Shown: positions 15,886 through 25,098 of the stretch, in pieces | Layout of the letters: each line of letters starts with the position of its first letter | Position numbering within the stretch: the first letter of the stretch is position 1 | NCBI GenBank assembly: GCA_964580365.1 | Contig: CAZOLL010000001.1 | Coordinates: 1 to 46,226 of the forward strand | Direction: 5' to 3' | Length of the DNA stretch: 46,226 bases | Source: an uncultured Phycisphaeraceae bacterium | Lineage (GTDB): Bacteria > Planctomycetota > B15-G4 > JADJEK01 | Made by a program: the position numbers and the translations under genes | The notes under the pieces: generated by a model | Seen by the model: only the letters and a program-made list of their open reading frames with translations | The model's database searches: none | Told to the model about the DNA's origin: nothing

Positions 15886-16293
15886 ATGCCCAAGTACCAG
15901 CTCCCGCACGACTCCGATGGCGTCCCGATGCAGGTCTTCGGGCTGATCCCGCACGACGGCGTCGACACCACCACCTTCCACAACCTCGGAACGGTGGCGG
16001 CCGGCGCGGTCGGCGTGTTTCCGACGAACGGATCGTTCCTCGAGAACGCGGCCTACGAGTTCTGCTTCTTCGACAACGCGGACCAGGAAGACGGCATCCC
16101 GCCGAACGTCGTGTACGCCGTTGGCGGATCGGCGCTCGCCGACGCGCCGCTCGTGAGCGAGCACCGACACCCAGCATCATCGGTGGCGATCCTGCGCCTG
16201 CGTTTCTTCGCGGGACAGACGAAGATCGCGTTCCGCAACCCCGCCGGAGGCGGCGGCAAGACGGTGCTGATCACGGCGAAGCGCATCGGCTGA
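15886..16293 (+). CDS. Hypothetical protein
   Basis: AGGAG SD. 135 aa with normal composition. Confidence 0.65.
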   Translation: MPKYQLPHDSDGVPMQVFGLIPHDGVDTTTFHNLGTVAAGAVGVFPTNGSFLENAAYEFCFFDNADQEDGIPPNVVYAVGGSALADAPLVSEHRHPASSVAILRLRFFAGQTKIAFRNPAGGGGKTVLITAKRIG

Positions 16294-16296
16294 TTC

Positions 16297-17007
16297 GTGT
16301 CGACGAGCATCTACCTGCCGAGCAGCTTCGCGGCGCCGATCACTCCCGCGTTTCAGGGCGCGTGGAACGAGACGACGGCAGCGACTCGCGTCGGTGCGCG
16401 CCGCTCGAAGGGCTCGAGTCCGATCGCGATTGGCTCGTCGATCCTCACGACGCAGACCCTCACCAACCGGCAGGGACTCGATCGGCAGTACATCCTCGTC
16501 GACCAGCTCGCGGCGCAGACTCTCTCGCCGGGCGGCGCGTGGACGGTTGGCGGGCAGCTCGCGACTGCGCAGAGCGCGACGAACGATCGCGTCGATCGCG
16601 TCTCGCTCGGCATGTATGTCGTCAGCGCGGACGGATCAACGTTGCGCGGCACGATGCTCGCGCTTGGCACCTACGCTGCGGCCCTCGCGTACTCCGTCGC
16701 GCCGACTTACACGAACCGGATCATCGCGAGCGCACAGGCGCTCTCGCAGGTCGTCGCGCAGGATTTCGACTGGCTCGTCATCGAGATCGGGCACCGCATC
16801 TCCGCGACCATCGCGGGCACCACAGTCAACGCGACCGCGAAGTACGGCGAAGACGCGGCTGACCTTCCCGCCGGCGACACCGCGCAGACCACCGAGGGCG
16901 CGCCGTGGCTGCTCATCAGCGGCGACATCTCGTTCGTGCGGCCGGCGCTCTCCCCGCTCGGAATCATCCGCACGCTGCCGGAATTCGCCGACCTCGACCC
17001 GCTCTGA
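16297..17007 (+). CDS. Hypothetical protein
   Basis: GTG start. 236 aa with high GC3. Confidence 0.65.
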   Translation: MSTSIYLPSSFAAPITPAFQGAWNETTAATRVGARRSKGSSPIAIGSSILTTQTLTNRQGLDRQYILVDQLAAQTLSPGGAWTVGGQLATAQSATNDRVDRVSLGMYVVSADGSTLRGTMLALGTYAAALAYSVAPTYTNRIIASAQALSQVVAQDFDWLVIEIGHRISATIAGTTVNATAKYGEDAADLPAGDTAQTTEGAPWLLISGDISFVRPALSPLGIIRTLPEFADLDPL

Positions 17008-17084
17008 TCCGCGTTCTTCTTGCCTTCGCGCGCGCAGAGGCCCATGATCCTCTGGTCGGCAATGGTGCCGAGTGGAGTCGAACC

Positions 17085-17207
17085 GTGGGTTACAAGACGA
17101 AGGTCGGCAAGGGCTGCAAGAACTCGTCCGGCGAGAACGCGCACAAGAAGGGCATGAGCGCGCCGTCGCCGTCGAAGGGCAAGGCCCCGAAGGGCAAGTG
17201 CCCGTGA
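17085..17207 (+). CDS. Small Lys/Gly-rich basic peptide, 40 aa
   Basis: GGAG SD then GTG. Product (M)GYKTKVGKGCKNSSGENAHKKGMSAPSPSKGKAPKGKCP. Near-uniform G/C at third positions. GTGA-coupled to the next gene. Confidence 0.55.
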   Translation: MGYKTKVGKGCKNSSGENAHKKGMSAPSPSKGKAPKGKCP

Positions 17208-17656
17208 CCGAGCTCGTCGTCCTCGGCGTCATCGCGGTCGCGGCGCTCGTCGTCGCGTACCTGATGGCCCGCCACGCGAACGAGGCGGCGAGCGAGCAGA
17301 TCGAGACGTACCTGCTGCACGTCGAGAAGCTCGAGAAGTGGATCGAGACGGAGCGCGGCGATCGCGCGGTCGCGATGAAGGACGAACGCGAGTCCTTCGA
17401 GCAGGCGAAGAAGGCGTTCTACGGCACGATCGAAGGGCTGCGACGCCGCGCGACCGACGCCGAGAACACCGTGCTCACGCAGAACCAGCAGATCCACGCG
17501 CTCCTCACCGAGCGCACGCAGTCGATTCAGGAAGTTCCGACCCAACCGCCACAGCCCCGGAATGGACTCGGCCGCGCGCGGCTCGCGAGGGAGCCCGTGC
17601 CGACGCCGATTCATGACGACAACGTCGAGGGCACCGGAGATGGTGGCACCGGGTAG
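17204..17656 (+). CDS. N-terminally membrane-anchored coiled-coil protein
   Basis: TM segment LVVLGVIAVAALVVAYLM, then a charged helical region. Confidence 0.6.
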   Translation: MTELVVLGVIAVAALVVAYLMARHANEAASEQIETYLLHVEKLEKWIETERGDRAVAMKDERESFEQAKKAFYGTIEGLRRRATDAENTVLTQNQQIHALLTERTQSIQEVPTQPPQPRNGLGRARLAREPVPTPIHDDNVEGTGDGGTG

Positions 17657-18506
17657 GTACTCGTCCGCGCCGGCTCCGTGGATGGTCGGCATGCAGCAAG
17701 GCATGGGCGGTCCGCCGTCGGGTGGTGGGTGGCCGTCGCCGCCGGACCCCGGGCTGGTGTCGCCGCAGCAGCCGGCGCCGATCCAGGGCGGCGGCGGTCC
17801 GCCTCCTCAGCCGCAGGAACCGCCCGGTGGCGCGGCCGGACAGATGGGCATGCAGGCCATGAACGGCCCGCTCGGCCAGTACGCCGCGAAGGGCGCGTAC
17901 GACTGGCTGTCGACGCCCATGACGCAGAACACGCCGAGCGCGCTGAACGGTCAGCCGGTGTCGGAGATGTTCGCGCAGCCGAGCTACGCTTCGCCCGGCC
18001 TCAGCCCGTCGTACACGCCGTTCGCGCCCGGCGGCGCGGCGACGCAGGGCCTCGATCTCTCGGGCTCGATGGCGCTGCCGAACATGCCGGGCACCGCGGG
18101 CTTCGGAGGTGGCGGCGCAATGGCTCCCGCAGCCGCTCCTGCCGCGGCGCCCGCTCTCGCTCCCGCCGCTGCCGCCGCGCCGGCCGCTGCTGCGCCTGCC
18201 GCCGGACTCGCGGGCGCCGCAGCTCCGGCGTTGACCGCCGCCGCGGGTCCCGCCGCCGCCGCACTGCCCGCCGCGGCGAGCGCCGCCGCTCCGATCGCGG
18301 CTGCCGCCGCTCCCGCGGCCGGCGCGCTGACCGCCGCCGCCGCACCGGCCGCGGCTGGTGCACTCACCGCGGGAGCCGGCGCTCTCGGCGCGGGCGCGCT
18401 CACGGCGGGAACCGCCGCCGCCGGCACCGCCGCCGCGGGCGCGGCGACCGCCGGACTCACGACCGCGCTGATGGCCGCGCTCCCGGCCGCGCTGGCGTTC
18501 ATCTGA
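17640..18506 (+). CDS. Low-complexity Pro/Gly/Gln-rich then extremely Ala-rich protein
   Basis: GGAG SD before the ATG at 17640. High GC3 throughout. The C-terminal roughly 130 aa are almost only A/P/G/L/T. Its stop overlaps the portal start (TGATG). Confidence 0.55.
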   Translation: MVAPGRYSSAPAPWMVGMQQGMGGPPSGGGWPSPPDPGLVSPQQPAPIQGGGGPPPQPQEPPGGAAGQMGMQAMNGPLGQYAAKGAYDWLSTPMTQNTPSALNGQPVSEMFAQPSYASPGLSPSYTPFAPGGAATQGLDLSGSMALPNMPGTAGFGGGGAMAPAAAPAAAPALAPAAAAAPAAAAPAAGLAGAAAPALTAAAGPAAAALPAAASAAAPIAAAAAPAAGALTAAAAPAAAGALTAGAGALGAGALTAGTAAAGTAAAGAATAGLTTALMAALPAALAFI

Positions 18507-20596
18507 TGGCGGAGACGCTCACGCTCTCGCGCGCGAAGGCGCGGCGCAATGACGACGAGGAGGCGCTCCTGCGTTTGCAGGAGGCGTACCGGCCGCAGCG
18601 ATCGTTCAAGTACAACCGCGAGGCGACGTGGTTCCAGACGATCCTGTTCTGCCACGACCTGCAATACACCTCGTTCAACATGAACGCGGGGAAACCCTTC
18701 TTCATCGGACAGGGCGACTCGCGCCGCGTGCGCATCACGTACAACGTGATGAAGCGAATGGCCGAGGACGCGAAGAGCGTCTACGTCCAGCAGCCCTATG
18801 ACTGGAACGTCGTCGCGATGACGCGCGACACGGCCGACATCGAGGGATCGCACCGCGCGGCCGACCTCGTCCGCATCTGGCACGAGAAGTTCCACATCCG
18901 CAAGAAGCAGCTCGCGCTCGCGGACTACCTCGTGAAGATGGGCAACGGCTTCATCCACGTCGACTGGGACGCGGAGGGCGGCGACGAGCTCGAACTCGCG
19001 ATGCCCGACGGCGAGGTCGTGACGGTGAAGACCGGCGATCTCACGATCGCGTGCGACAACCCGTACCGCTGGTTCTTCCATCCGAGCGCGACGCACGTGG
19101 AAGAGAGCCCGTTCGCGACGCGGCGCACCGCGGAGTCGCGCAACTGGGTGCGTCAGCACTTCCCGAAGGTCGACCTCGACGAGCTCGGCGACCTGACGCA
19201 GATGGACGCCTCGAGCATGTGGGAGCACCAGCTCCTCAACCTCTCGAGCACGAACTCGTTCGGCCTCGGCGCGCAGGAGGCTCCGCCGAAGGGCGGCTCG
19301 TTCGTCGAAGTGTTCCGCCACTGGGAGATGCCCGGCCCCGACTACAAGAAGGGCCTGCACATCGTCGCGCTCGGCACGGGCAACGGACCGAAGAAGGTCG
19401 TGCACGTCGGCGACATGCCGCACGATCGGCTGCCGGTCTTCCACTTCGGCATGATCCAGGTGCCGAACTGCCTCTGGCACGACACCTTCCTGACCTCGTG
19501 CGTGTCGCCGCAGCGCGAAGTGAACCGGCGCATCTCGCAGCTCGTCGAGTGCGGCAACCTCACGGCGAACCCGCAGGTCGTCGTGCCGTCGAACGGCTTC
19601 GCGCCGCAGGTGCTCACGAACCGCCCCGGCGGCGTGATGCGCCAGGACCCGAACGCGCCGTGGCGCCCGTACTACCTCCCCGGCCCGAATATGCCCGCGT
19701 ACGCGGTGCAGCAGATCGAGCGGTCGTTGCAGATGATGGACTCGATCGCGTCGCCGTTCGGTCCGTCGTCGTCTTCGCTGCCGAAGGGCGCGACGTCGGG
19801 CATTCACTTCTCGCTGCTCCAGAACATGGCGCAGCAGAAGACGTCGACGATGACCGAGAACTGGGAGTGCGGCTGGAAGGACGTGTGGTCGTTCGCGATC
19901 GACACGTACCGCAGCTACGGCATTCTCCCGCGGCACTACGAGTACGGCTTCGAGGGGAGCTGGCGCGACTTCTACCTCGCCGGCCGCGACCTGCCGAAGC
20001 GCATCCGCTTCGAGATCACGAAGGGCTCGAGCGCGCCGAAGTCGCGCGCGACGTCGTTCGCCGAGTGGATGGAGATTCTCAAGGTCGTGGGTCCGATGCT
20101 GATGCAGGACCCGCGCGCGATGAACCAGTTCTGGACCGACATCGGCTACGGCGACATGGTGCGCACGTACCGCGACCGCACCGAGGACGCGGACAAGGCG
20201 CAGCGCAACATTCAGGAGTGCCTCGAAGGCAACCAGCCGATCATCGACGACTGGGACGATCCCGACATCCACATGCCGATCTACGAGTCGGAGATGAACA
20301 CCGATGCGTACAAGAAGCAGTGGCCGGATCGCGCGCGGATCTCGCTGTTCGCGCTGCGCGAGATGTTCAAGGCGAAGAAGCTCGAGCAGCTCATGCAGGC
20401 CCAGGCCGCGCTCGCGATGGCGGGCGCGCCGAAGCAGCCCGGTGCCGGCGAACCTCCGATGAGCGCCGCGCAGGGACCGTTCGCCGCGGCGGAGCCGGGC
20501 GCGCCGGTCGGCGGCAACGAGCCGCACATGACCGACGGCTTCTCGCAGACGCCGAACCAGTTCGCCAATCGCGGCGGACGCGGGCACGAAGGCTGA
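18506..20596 (+). CDS. Portal protein (probable)
   Basis: 696 aa (MAETLTLSRAKARRNDDEEALLRL...). Called from size and position between terminase and scaffold/capsid. Confidence 0.65.
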   Translation: MAETLTLSRAKARRNDDEEALLRLQEAYRPQRSFKYNREATWFQTILFCHDLQYTSFNMNAGKPFFIGQGDSRRVRITYNVMKRMAEDAKSVYVQQPYDWNVVAMTRDTADIEGSHRAADLVRIWHEKFHIRKKQLALADYLVKMGNGFIHVDWDAEGGDELELAMPDGEVVTVKTGDLTIACDNPYRWFFHPSATHVEESPFATRRTAESRNWVRQHFPKVDLDELGDLTQMDASSMWEHQLLNLSSTNSFGLGAQEAPPKGGSFVEVFRHWEMPGPDYKKGLHIVALGTGNGPKKVVHVGDMPHDRLPVFHFGMIQVPNCLWHDTFLTSCVSPQREVNRRISQLVECGNLTANPQVVVPSNGFAPQVLTNRPGGVMRQDPNAPWRPYYLPGPNMPAYAVQQIERSLQMMDSIASPFGPSSSSLPKGATSGIHFSLLQNMAQQKTSTMTENWECGWKDVWSFAIDTYRSYGILPRHYEYGFEGSWRDFYLAGRDLPKRIRFEITKGSSAPKSRATSFAEWMEILKVVGPMLMQDPRAMNQFWTDIGYGDMVRTYRDRTEDADKAQRNIQECLEGNQPIIDDWDDPDIHMPIYESEMNTDAYKKQWPDRARISLFALREMFKAKKLEQLMQAQAALAMAGAPKQPGAGEPPMSAAQGPFAAAEPGAPVGGNEPHMTDGFSQTPNQFANRGGRGHEG

Positions 20597-20684
20597 ACGG
20601 AAACCGCTTGACTCTGTGAGTCAATGACGGGATGTTGACCGGAAGATCAGGGCGCCGCCACCGCCTCGCGATGGGAGCATGACG

Positions 20685-21140
20685 ATGGCGGACATCTCGG
20701 CTGCTGCGCTCGTCTCGCGTGACATCGACAACAGCGGGCCGAGCATCGGGCGGCTGTGGACGTCCATCTACTCGGTGCGCGTGCTGTGGGGTGCAGCGGA
20801 CACGTACCCCGCGGGCGGCATCCCGCTCCCCGCTCTCGGCGCGGTCGGGTTGCAGAAGGCGATCACGCGCGCCGGCGCCAACGATCAGGTCATCTACGAC
20901 GACGCGGGCGTGGGCATCCTCGCGAAGTACGACGGCGACCTGAACACGCTGCGCCTCTACAAGTCGGTGCAGACGGTCGCGGGCACCAACTTCTCGCTCA
21001 AAGAGCTCGCCGCCGGCGTCGCGATGAACAACGCGGCGAACGGCTACGGCGCGCGCACCGCCGCCGGTCAGGCCGCACTCTCGATCACCGGACTCACGAA
21101 TGCCGACGTGAAGCTCATCGTGCAGGGAGTCCTCGGGTAA
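20685..21140 (+). CDS. Hypothetical virion-module protein
   Basis: GGGAG SD with better spacing to the ATG at 20685 than to the one at 20679. Confidence 0.6.
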   Translation: MADISAAALVSRDIDNSGPSIGRLWTSIYSVRVLWGAADTYPAGGIPLPALGAVGLQKAITRAGANDQVIYDDAGVGILAKYDGDLNTLRLYKSVQTVAGTNFSLKELAAGVAMNNAANGYGARTAAGQAALSITGLTNADVKLIVQGVLG

Positions 21141-21155
21141 CCCGGGAAACGCCAC

Positions 21156-22412
21156 ATGGACGCACAAGAAGCGGCAGCCATCACGCAGAACGTGTCGGAG
21201 CGCGAGATCCCCGCGCGCGGTGACGATCCGCGCAGCGCGCTCGAGGCGATCCAGCAACAGGTCGAGAGGGAGTTCAAGGAGTCGGGCGGCGACATCCACG
21301 ACTTCGCTCGCCGGCTCGAGCGGATGCCGGGTGCGAACACCGACACCTCCGACTTCGCCGACCAGCCTCGCGCGAAGGACGGCACGTTCGCGCCGAAGGG
21401 CCGCAACTCGGCCGCGATCGAGGACGCCGAAGAGGCGTCGCAGAAGGGCGAGCAGCCGGAATCCCGGCAGCCGAGGGCGGAACGACCCGCGGCGCGCACG
21501 GCTCCTCCCGTTGCCGACGCGGCGGGCGATTCGTCCTCGGCGCCGACCAAGATCCGCACGACCGACGGCCGCGAGCTGACGCTCGAGCAGGTCGAAGCCG
21601 GCTTGAAGCTGGCCGACCGCGCGGTCCGTCTCGACAAGGCGTTCATCCAGCGGCGCGAGGAGCTCGAGCAGCGCGAGCGCGCTCTCGGCGTGCGCGAGCA
21701 GACGCTCCGCGACGTGTACGGCAACGAGCGCCGCGGTGCGCCGCAGGCGCGCGCGCAGGTGCAGGAAGACGTCGTCGACGACGTCCCGGCCGAGGACGAT
21801 GACGTCCCGATGACGCGCGCGCAGTTCCGTCGCGAGATGCAGGCGCAGGCCGCGCGCATCCGCGACGAGATGGCGACCGAGCAGATGCAGCGCGAGGAGT
21901 ACGCCGCGCGCGACACGTACGTGGCGAACTACCGGCAGGCCATCGACACGCTCGCGAAGCGCGTCGTGATGGAGCAGTTCCCCGAGTTGAAGGACGACGA
22001 GCAGGGCCGCGAGGACATGGAAGTCCTCATCGGCCGCGACCTCGGCCGGTCCGTGCGCGCGGGGCACATCAGCTTGCCGTGGTATCAGGACGAGCGAGGC
22101 AACGTGCAGTACCGCCCGCAGCACTCCTCGGTGGCCGACATCCACGAGGAGTTCAAGCTGCACGCCGGCGCGCGGGCTCGCGCGATCCGCGACGCTTACA
22201 ACAAGCGGTTCGCGACCGACCTCGCCGTCTCGTCCACCCAATCAAGGAAGACGACCCCGCCGTCTCGCGGGGCCGCCACCGTCGCTCCTGGTGCCCATCG
22301 AACGGCCGAGAACACGAAGGTCCACGAGAACATCGAGGACCTGATCAACGACATCGAGGCCATCGAGAAAGAGTACGAGCGCAGCGGCTCCGACTTCGGA
22401 TTCGCGCGCTGA
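21156..22412 (+). CDS. Scaffolding protein (probable)
   Basis: 418 aa, acidic/charged and helical, directly upstream of the capsid gene. Confidence 0.55.
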   Translation: MDAQEAAAITQNVSEREIPARGDDPRSALEAIQQQVEREFKESGGDIHDFARRLERMPGANTDTSDFADQPRAKDGTFAPKGRNSAAIEDAEEASQKGEQPESRQPRAERPAARTAPPVADAAGDSSSAPTKIRTTDGRELTLEQVEAGLKLADRAVRLDKAFIQRREELEQRERALGVREQTLRDVYGNERRGAPQARAQVQEDVVDDVPAEDDDVPMTRAQFRREMQAQAARIRDEMATEQMQREEYAARDTYVANYRQAIDTLAKRVVMEQFPELKDDEQGREDMEVLIGRDLGRSVRAGHISLPWYQDERGNVQYRPQHSSVADIHEEFKLHAGARARAIRDAYNKRFATDLAVSSTQSRKTTPPSRGAATVAPGAHRTAENTKVHENIEDLINDIEAIEKEYERSGSDFGFAR

Positions 22413-22422
22413 GGGGTAACCA

Positions 22423-23871
22423 ATGGCGATCACCAATCTCGACACCGCCGGCAACATCCTCCACATCTACTACACGCGCTACCTGACTTCGCAGAGCAAC
22501 GACCGCACGAACGTGCGCGACATGCTCTTGAAGGAGTCGAAGAAGTTCGACGGGTCGCACGCGCGCATCGGCCTCATGGACTCCTACCCGGTCACGGGTG
22601 GTCCGCGCGGCCCGAGCGCGACGATCCCCGACGCGGTCCCGACCGACGTCACGGTGTCGGACATCTTCCTCACGTACCACTACTACCCCATCGAGATCGC
22701 GTGGGACGTGGAGGAGCAGTCGAGCGGCGAGCACTCGTGGATTCGCGCGTCGGCGATGGAAGTCGACCGCGTCCGCAAGTGGTCGCTGATCAACTTCGAG
22801 ATGAACACCGTGCTCGACGGCACGGGCGTTCTCGCGGGCGGCGCTGCGACGGACGGCACGTACACGAACCTCGCGAAGTGCACGCGCACGAGCGAGACGC
22901 CGCTGACGTTCACGGTGTCGACGACCTACGGCGTGCGCTTCGTGAAGGGCATGCGCCTCGAGTTCTACGCGAACCCGACGGCGAACTGCATCGTGATCGG
23001 CAACGACGCGACGGTGTTCGTGAAGCGCGCCGGGCCGAGCGTGACGCAGAGCTACTTCACGATCGACACCGTCTCGCACTCCGGCGGCACGACCACGATC
23101 GTGTGCGTCGAGAACACGGCCGGCGGCGCGACCGACCCGTTCGACACGGGCAACGGCGACTTCGTCACGCAGGAAGGTGCGCTCTTCCTCGCGACGGCGC
23201 CGGCGCCCGACGAGTGGTGGACGAACTGGGAAATCGGCATCGAGGGCCTCGTCAACGTGGCGGGCACCGCGCCGAACCGTTCGAACCCGCTGCGGCCGAA
23301 CGCGAAGCCGTCGGGCATCCAGCCCTCGGCGTCGTTCCTCTGCCAGAACAAGGCGCAGTCCGGCTTCTGGCAGTCGCTCTACGTGGACGCGGCGAACGGC
23401 ATCCTCGGCCCCGGCATCTTCGAGCAGTCGAACGTCGAGCTCCAGCAGGTGGGCTCGAAGGGGATCGAGGACATCGACTTCTGCCTGACGCACCCGCGGC
23501 AGGTGTCGAAGTTCCGCCGGCAGCTCATGGCGGCGATCCGCTTCCAGGTGTCCGGCGGCGACTCGCCGGAGCTCCCCGGCGGCGCGGCGTCCTCGACGGC
23601 CGAGACGCGGAAGTACATCCACTGGGGTCACATCCCGCTGGTGCCGTCGCGCTTCGCGAACCCGATCCAGGCGCGCCTCATCAACAAGGACACGATCAAG
23701 GTCTTCGAGAACACGGCCTTCAAGTTCTACACGGGTGACGGCGCCATGTGGCACCGCAACCCCAACAGCCTCGCGGCGTCGCGCGCGGTCGCGTACAAGT
23801 ACGAGTGCCTGGGCATCCTGTCCCGCAACTCGAACCTGATGATCGACCACCTCGACAGCTCGAACAACTGA
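22423..23871 (+). CDS. Major capsid protein (probable)
   Basis: 482 aa with a strong SD. Called from its position after the scaffold gene. Confidence 0.65.
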   Translation: MAITNLDTAGNILHIYYTRYLTSQSNDRTNVRDMLLKESKKFDGSHARIGLMDSYPVTGGPRGPSATIPDAVPTDVTVSDIFLTYHYYPIEIAWDVEEQSSGEHSWIRASAMEVDRVRKWSLINFEMNTVLDGTGVLAGGAATDGTYTNLAKCTRTSETPLTFTVSTTYGVRFVKGMRLEFYANPTANCIVIGNDATVFVKRAGPSVTQSYFTIDTVSHSGGTTTIVCVENTAGGATDPFDTGNGDFVTQEGALFLATAPAPDEWWTNWEIGIEGLVNVAGTAPNRSNPLRPNAKPSGIQPSASFLCQNKAQSGFWQSLYVDAANGILGPGIFEQSNVELQQVGSKGIEDIDFCLTHPRQVSKFRRQLMAAIRFQVSGGDSPELPGGAASSTAETRKYIHWGHIPLVPSRFANPIQARLINKDTIKVFENTAFKFYTGDGAMWHRNPNSLAASRAVAYKYECLGILSRNSNLMIDHLDSSNN

Positions 23872-23874
23872 TCC

Positions 23875-24387
23875 GTGTCCGGCGTCCCGATCCTGCACGA
23901 GTGGATGATCCGGGGGATCAAGGCGTTCGATCCCCTCGGCGAGGTCTACTGGAACAAGCGGCTCGGGTCCTACGTGTACCTCCAGCGGTGCCCCGGGATG
24001 ATGTTCGTCGCTGACGAGCTCGTCCGGGGCACCCCGGTTCTCAAGAGCTCACCGCTGACGAACTACCGCGGGCTCTTCGAGTACAAGAGCAAGGACGGCG
24101 TGCGCATCGAGCCGACGCCGATCATGACGAAGTGCCTGCTCGACATGCTGAACTTCCGCAGGAACGACGATCCGCGCAACAAGGAGTTCGACGAGGCGGA
24201 GTACGAGAAGCCGCTCGACCTGGAGCCGCGGTCGTTCGACGAGCTGATCGAGACGGACGAGGTGCGCGAGTACGCGAAGGACATGCGCGACTACGGGTTC
24301 GGCCACAAGAAGCATTTCGTGATGGACCACTACCCGCACATGCCGCGCGCGGGAGCGCCGAAGAAACTGATCCTGCCCGTGGAGTGA
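23875..24387 (+). CDS. Hypothetical protein
   Basis: GTG start. 170 aa with normal composition. Confidence 0.6.
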   Translation: MSGVPILHEWMIRGIKAFDPLGEVYWNKRLGSYVYLQRCPGMMFVADELVRGTPVLKSSPLTNYRGLFEYKSKDGVRIEPTPIMTKCLLDMLNFRRNDDPRNKEFDEAEYEKPLDLEPRSFDELIETDEVREYAKDMRDYGFGHKKHFVMDHYPHMPRAGAPKKLILPVE

Positions 24388-24390
24388 CCC

Positions 24391-25098
24391 GTGGGGTACA
24401 CCTTCGACCTCTACGAGACGCGCGTGCGCGCGAACCTCATGGCGGACGCGACGGGCGCCGAGGATCACTGGCCGAACTCCCGCATCGACCCGATCATCAA
24501 CCGCTCGCGCCGCTGGCTGCAAGGCGAGCTGCTCGAGGCGTACGACTCCCAGTGGGACGTCGACGCGCAGCTCTCGGTCGCGAGCAGCGTGATCGCGCTG
24601 CCGACCGGCTTCATCACGGAGAAGGCGTTCTACCGCGGCGACCTCGCGGACCCGACGCGATGGGTCCAGTGCGAGATCCGTCACGCGACGTCGGCGCGCC
24701 GGCGCATCTTCCAGGCTGCGGTCACGTGGGCGGACAACCCGAACCCGTCGATCGAGACGTGGGTGCTCGTCGGCACCGACTTGAAGCCGCGCATGGCGCC
24801 GCCGACCGACGGGACGACGTACGTGCTCACGTACGCGAAGGAGCTCGTCGACCTCACCGGCACCGACGCCGAGACGATGCCCGACCGCTTCGCCGACATC
24901 GCGCTCCTCAAGGCGACGGCGGAGGCGGCGAAGATCGGCGGCGACGATCGCATGGCGCAGGACTTCGAGTCGCGCGCGCTGCGTGAGGTGCAGAAGCTGC
25001 GCGATCAGGCCGCGCACCGCTCGCTGTCCCGCGTCGAGGCCATCGAAGACGTGATGGGCTACGGCGGCGAGGACGACATGCAGACCTGGATGAGCTGA
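24391..25098 (+). CDS. Hypothetical head-tail joining candidate
   Basis: 235 aa. The call rests on position after the capsid gene only. Confidence 0.45.
   Translation: MGYTFDLYETRVRANLMADATGAEDHWPNSRIDPIINRSRRWLQGELLEAYDSQWDVDAQLSVASSVIALPTGFITEKAFYRGDLADPTRWVQCEIRHATSARRRIFQAAVTWADNPNPSIETWVLVGTDLKPRMAPPTDGTTYVLTYAKELVDLTGTDAETMPDRFADIALLKATAEAAKIGGDDRMAQDFESRALREVQKLRDQAAHRSLSRVEAIEDVMGYGGEDDMQTWMS

Noticed and set aside
14071-16170. 699-aa minus-strand ORF antisense to the terminase gene
   Set aside because: Only its last 66 codons (14071..14271, the RHH protein) look genuine. The rest is antisense to TerL, which carries Walker motifs.
17062-17110. Minus-strand GGTTCGACTCC...GGCACCA resembling a tRNA T-loop and 3' end
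   Set aside because: The T-stem pairs at only 2 of 5 positions. The distance to the possible 5' acceptor strand is only about 47 nt. The segment also overlaps a codon-biased small ORF. It is judged a chance resemblance.
18110-18480. GCN-rich repetitive DNA considered as a tandem repeat or CRISPR-like array
   Set aside because: There are no discrete repeat-spacer units. The periodicity is the codon periodicity of an alanine-rich coding region.
17678-18505. Upstream 276 codons of ORF 17678..20596, which would extend the portal N-terminally
   Set aside because: This part is R/G/A-rich and out of frame with the Ala-rich gene, whose frame shows the codon bias. The ATG at 18506 is TGATG-coupled to that gene and begins a normal-looking portal sequence.
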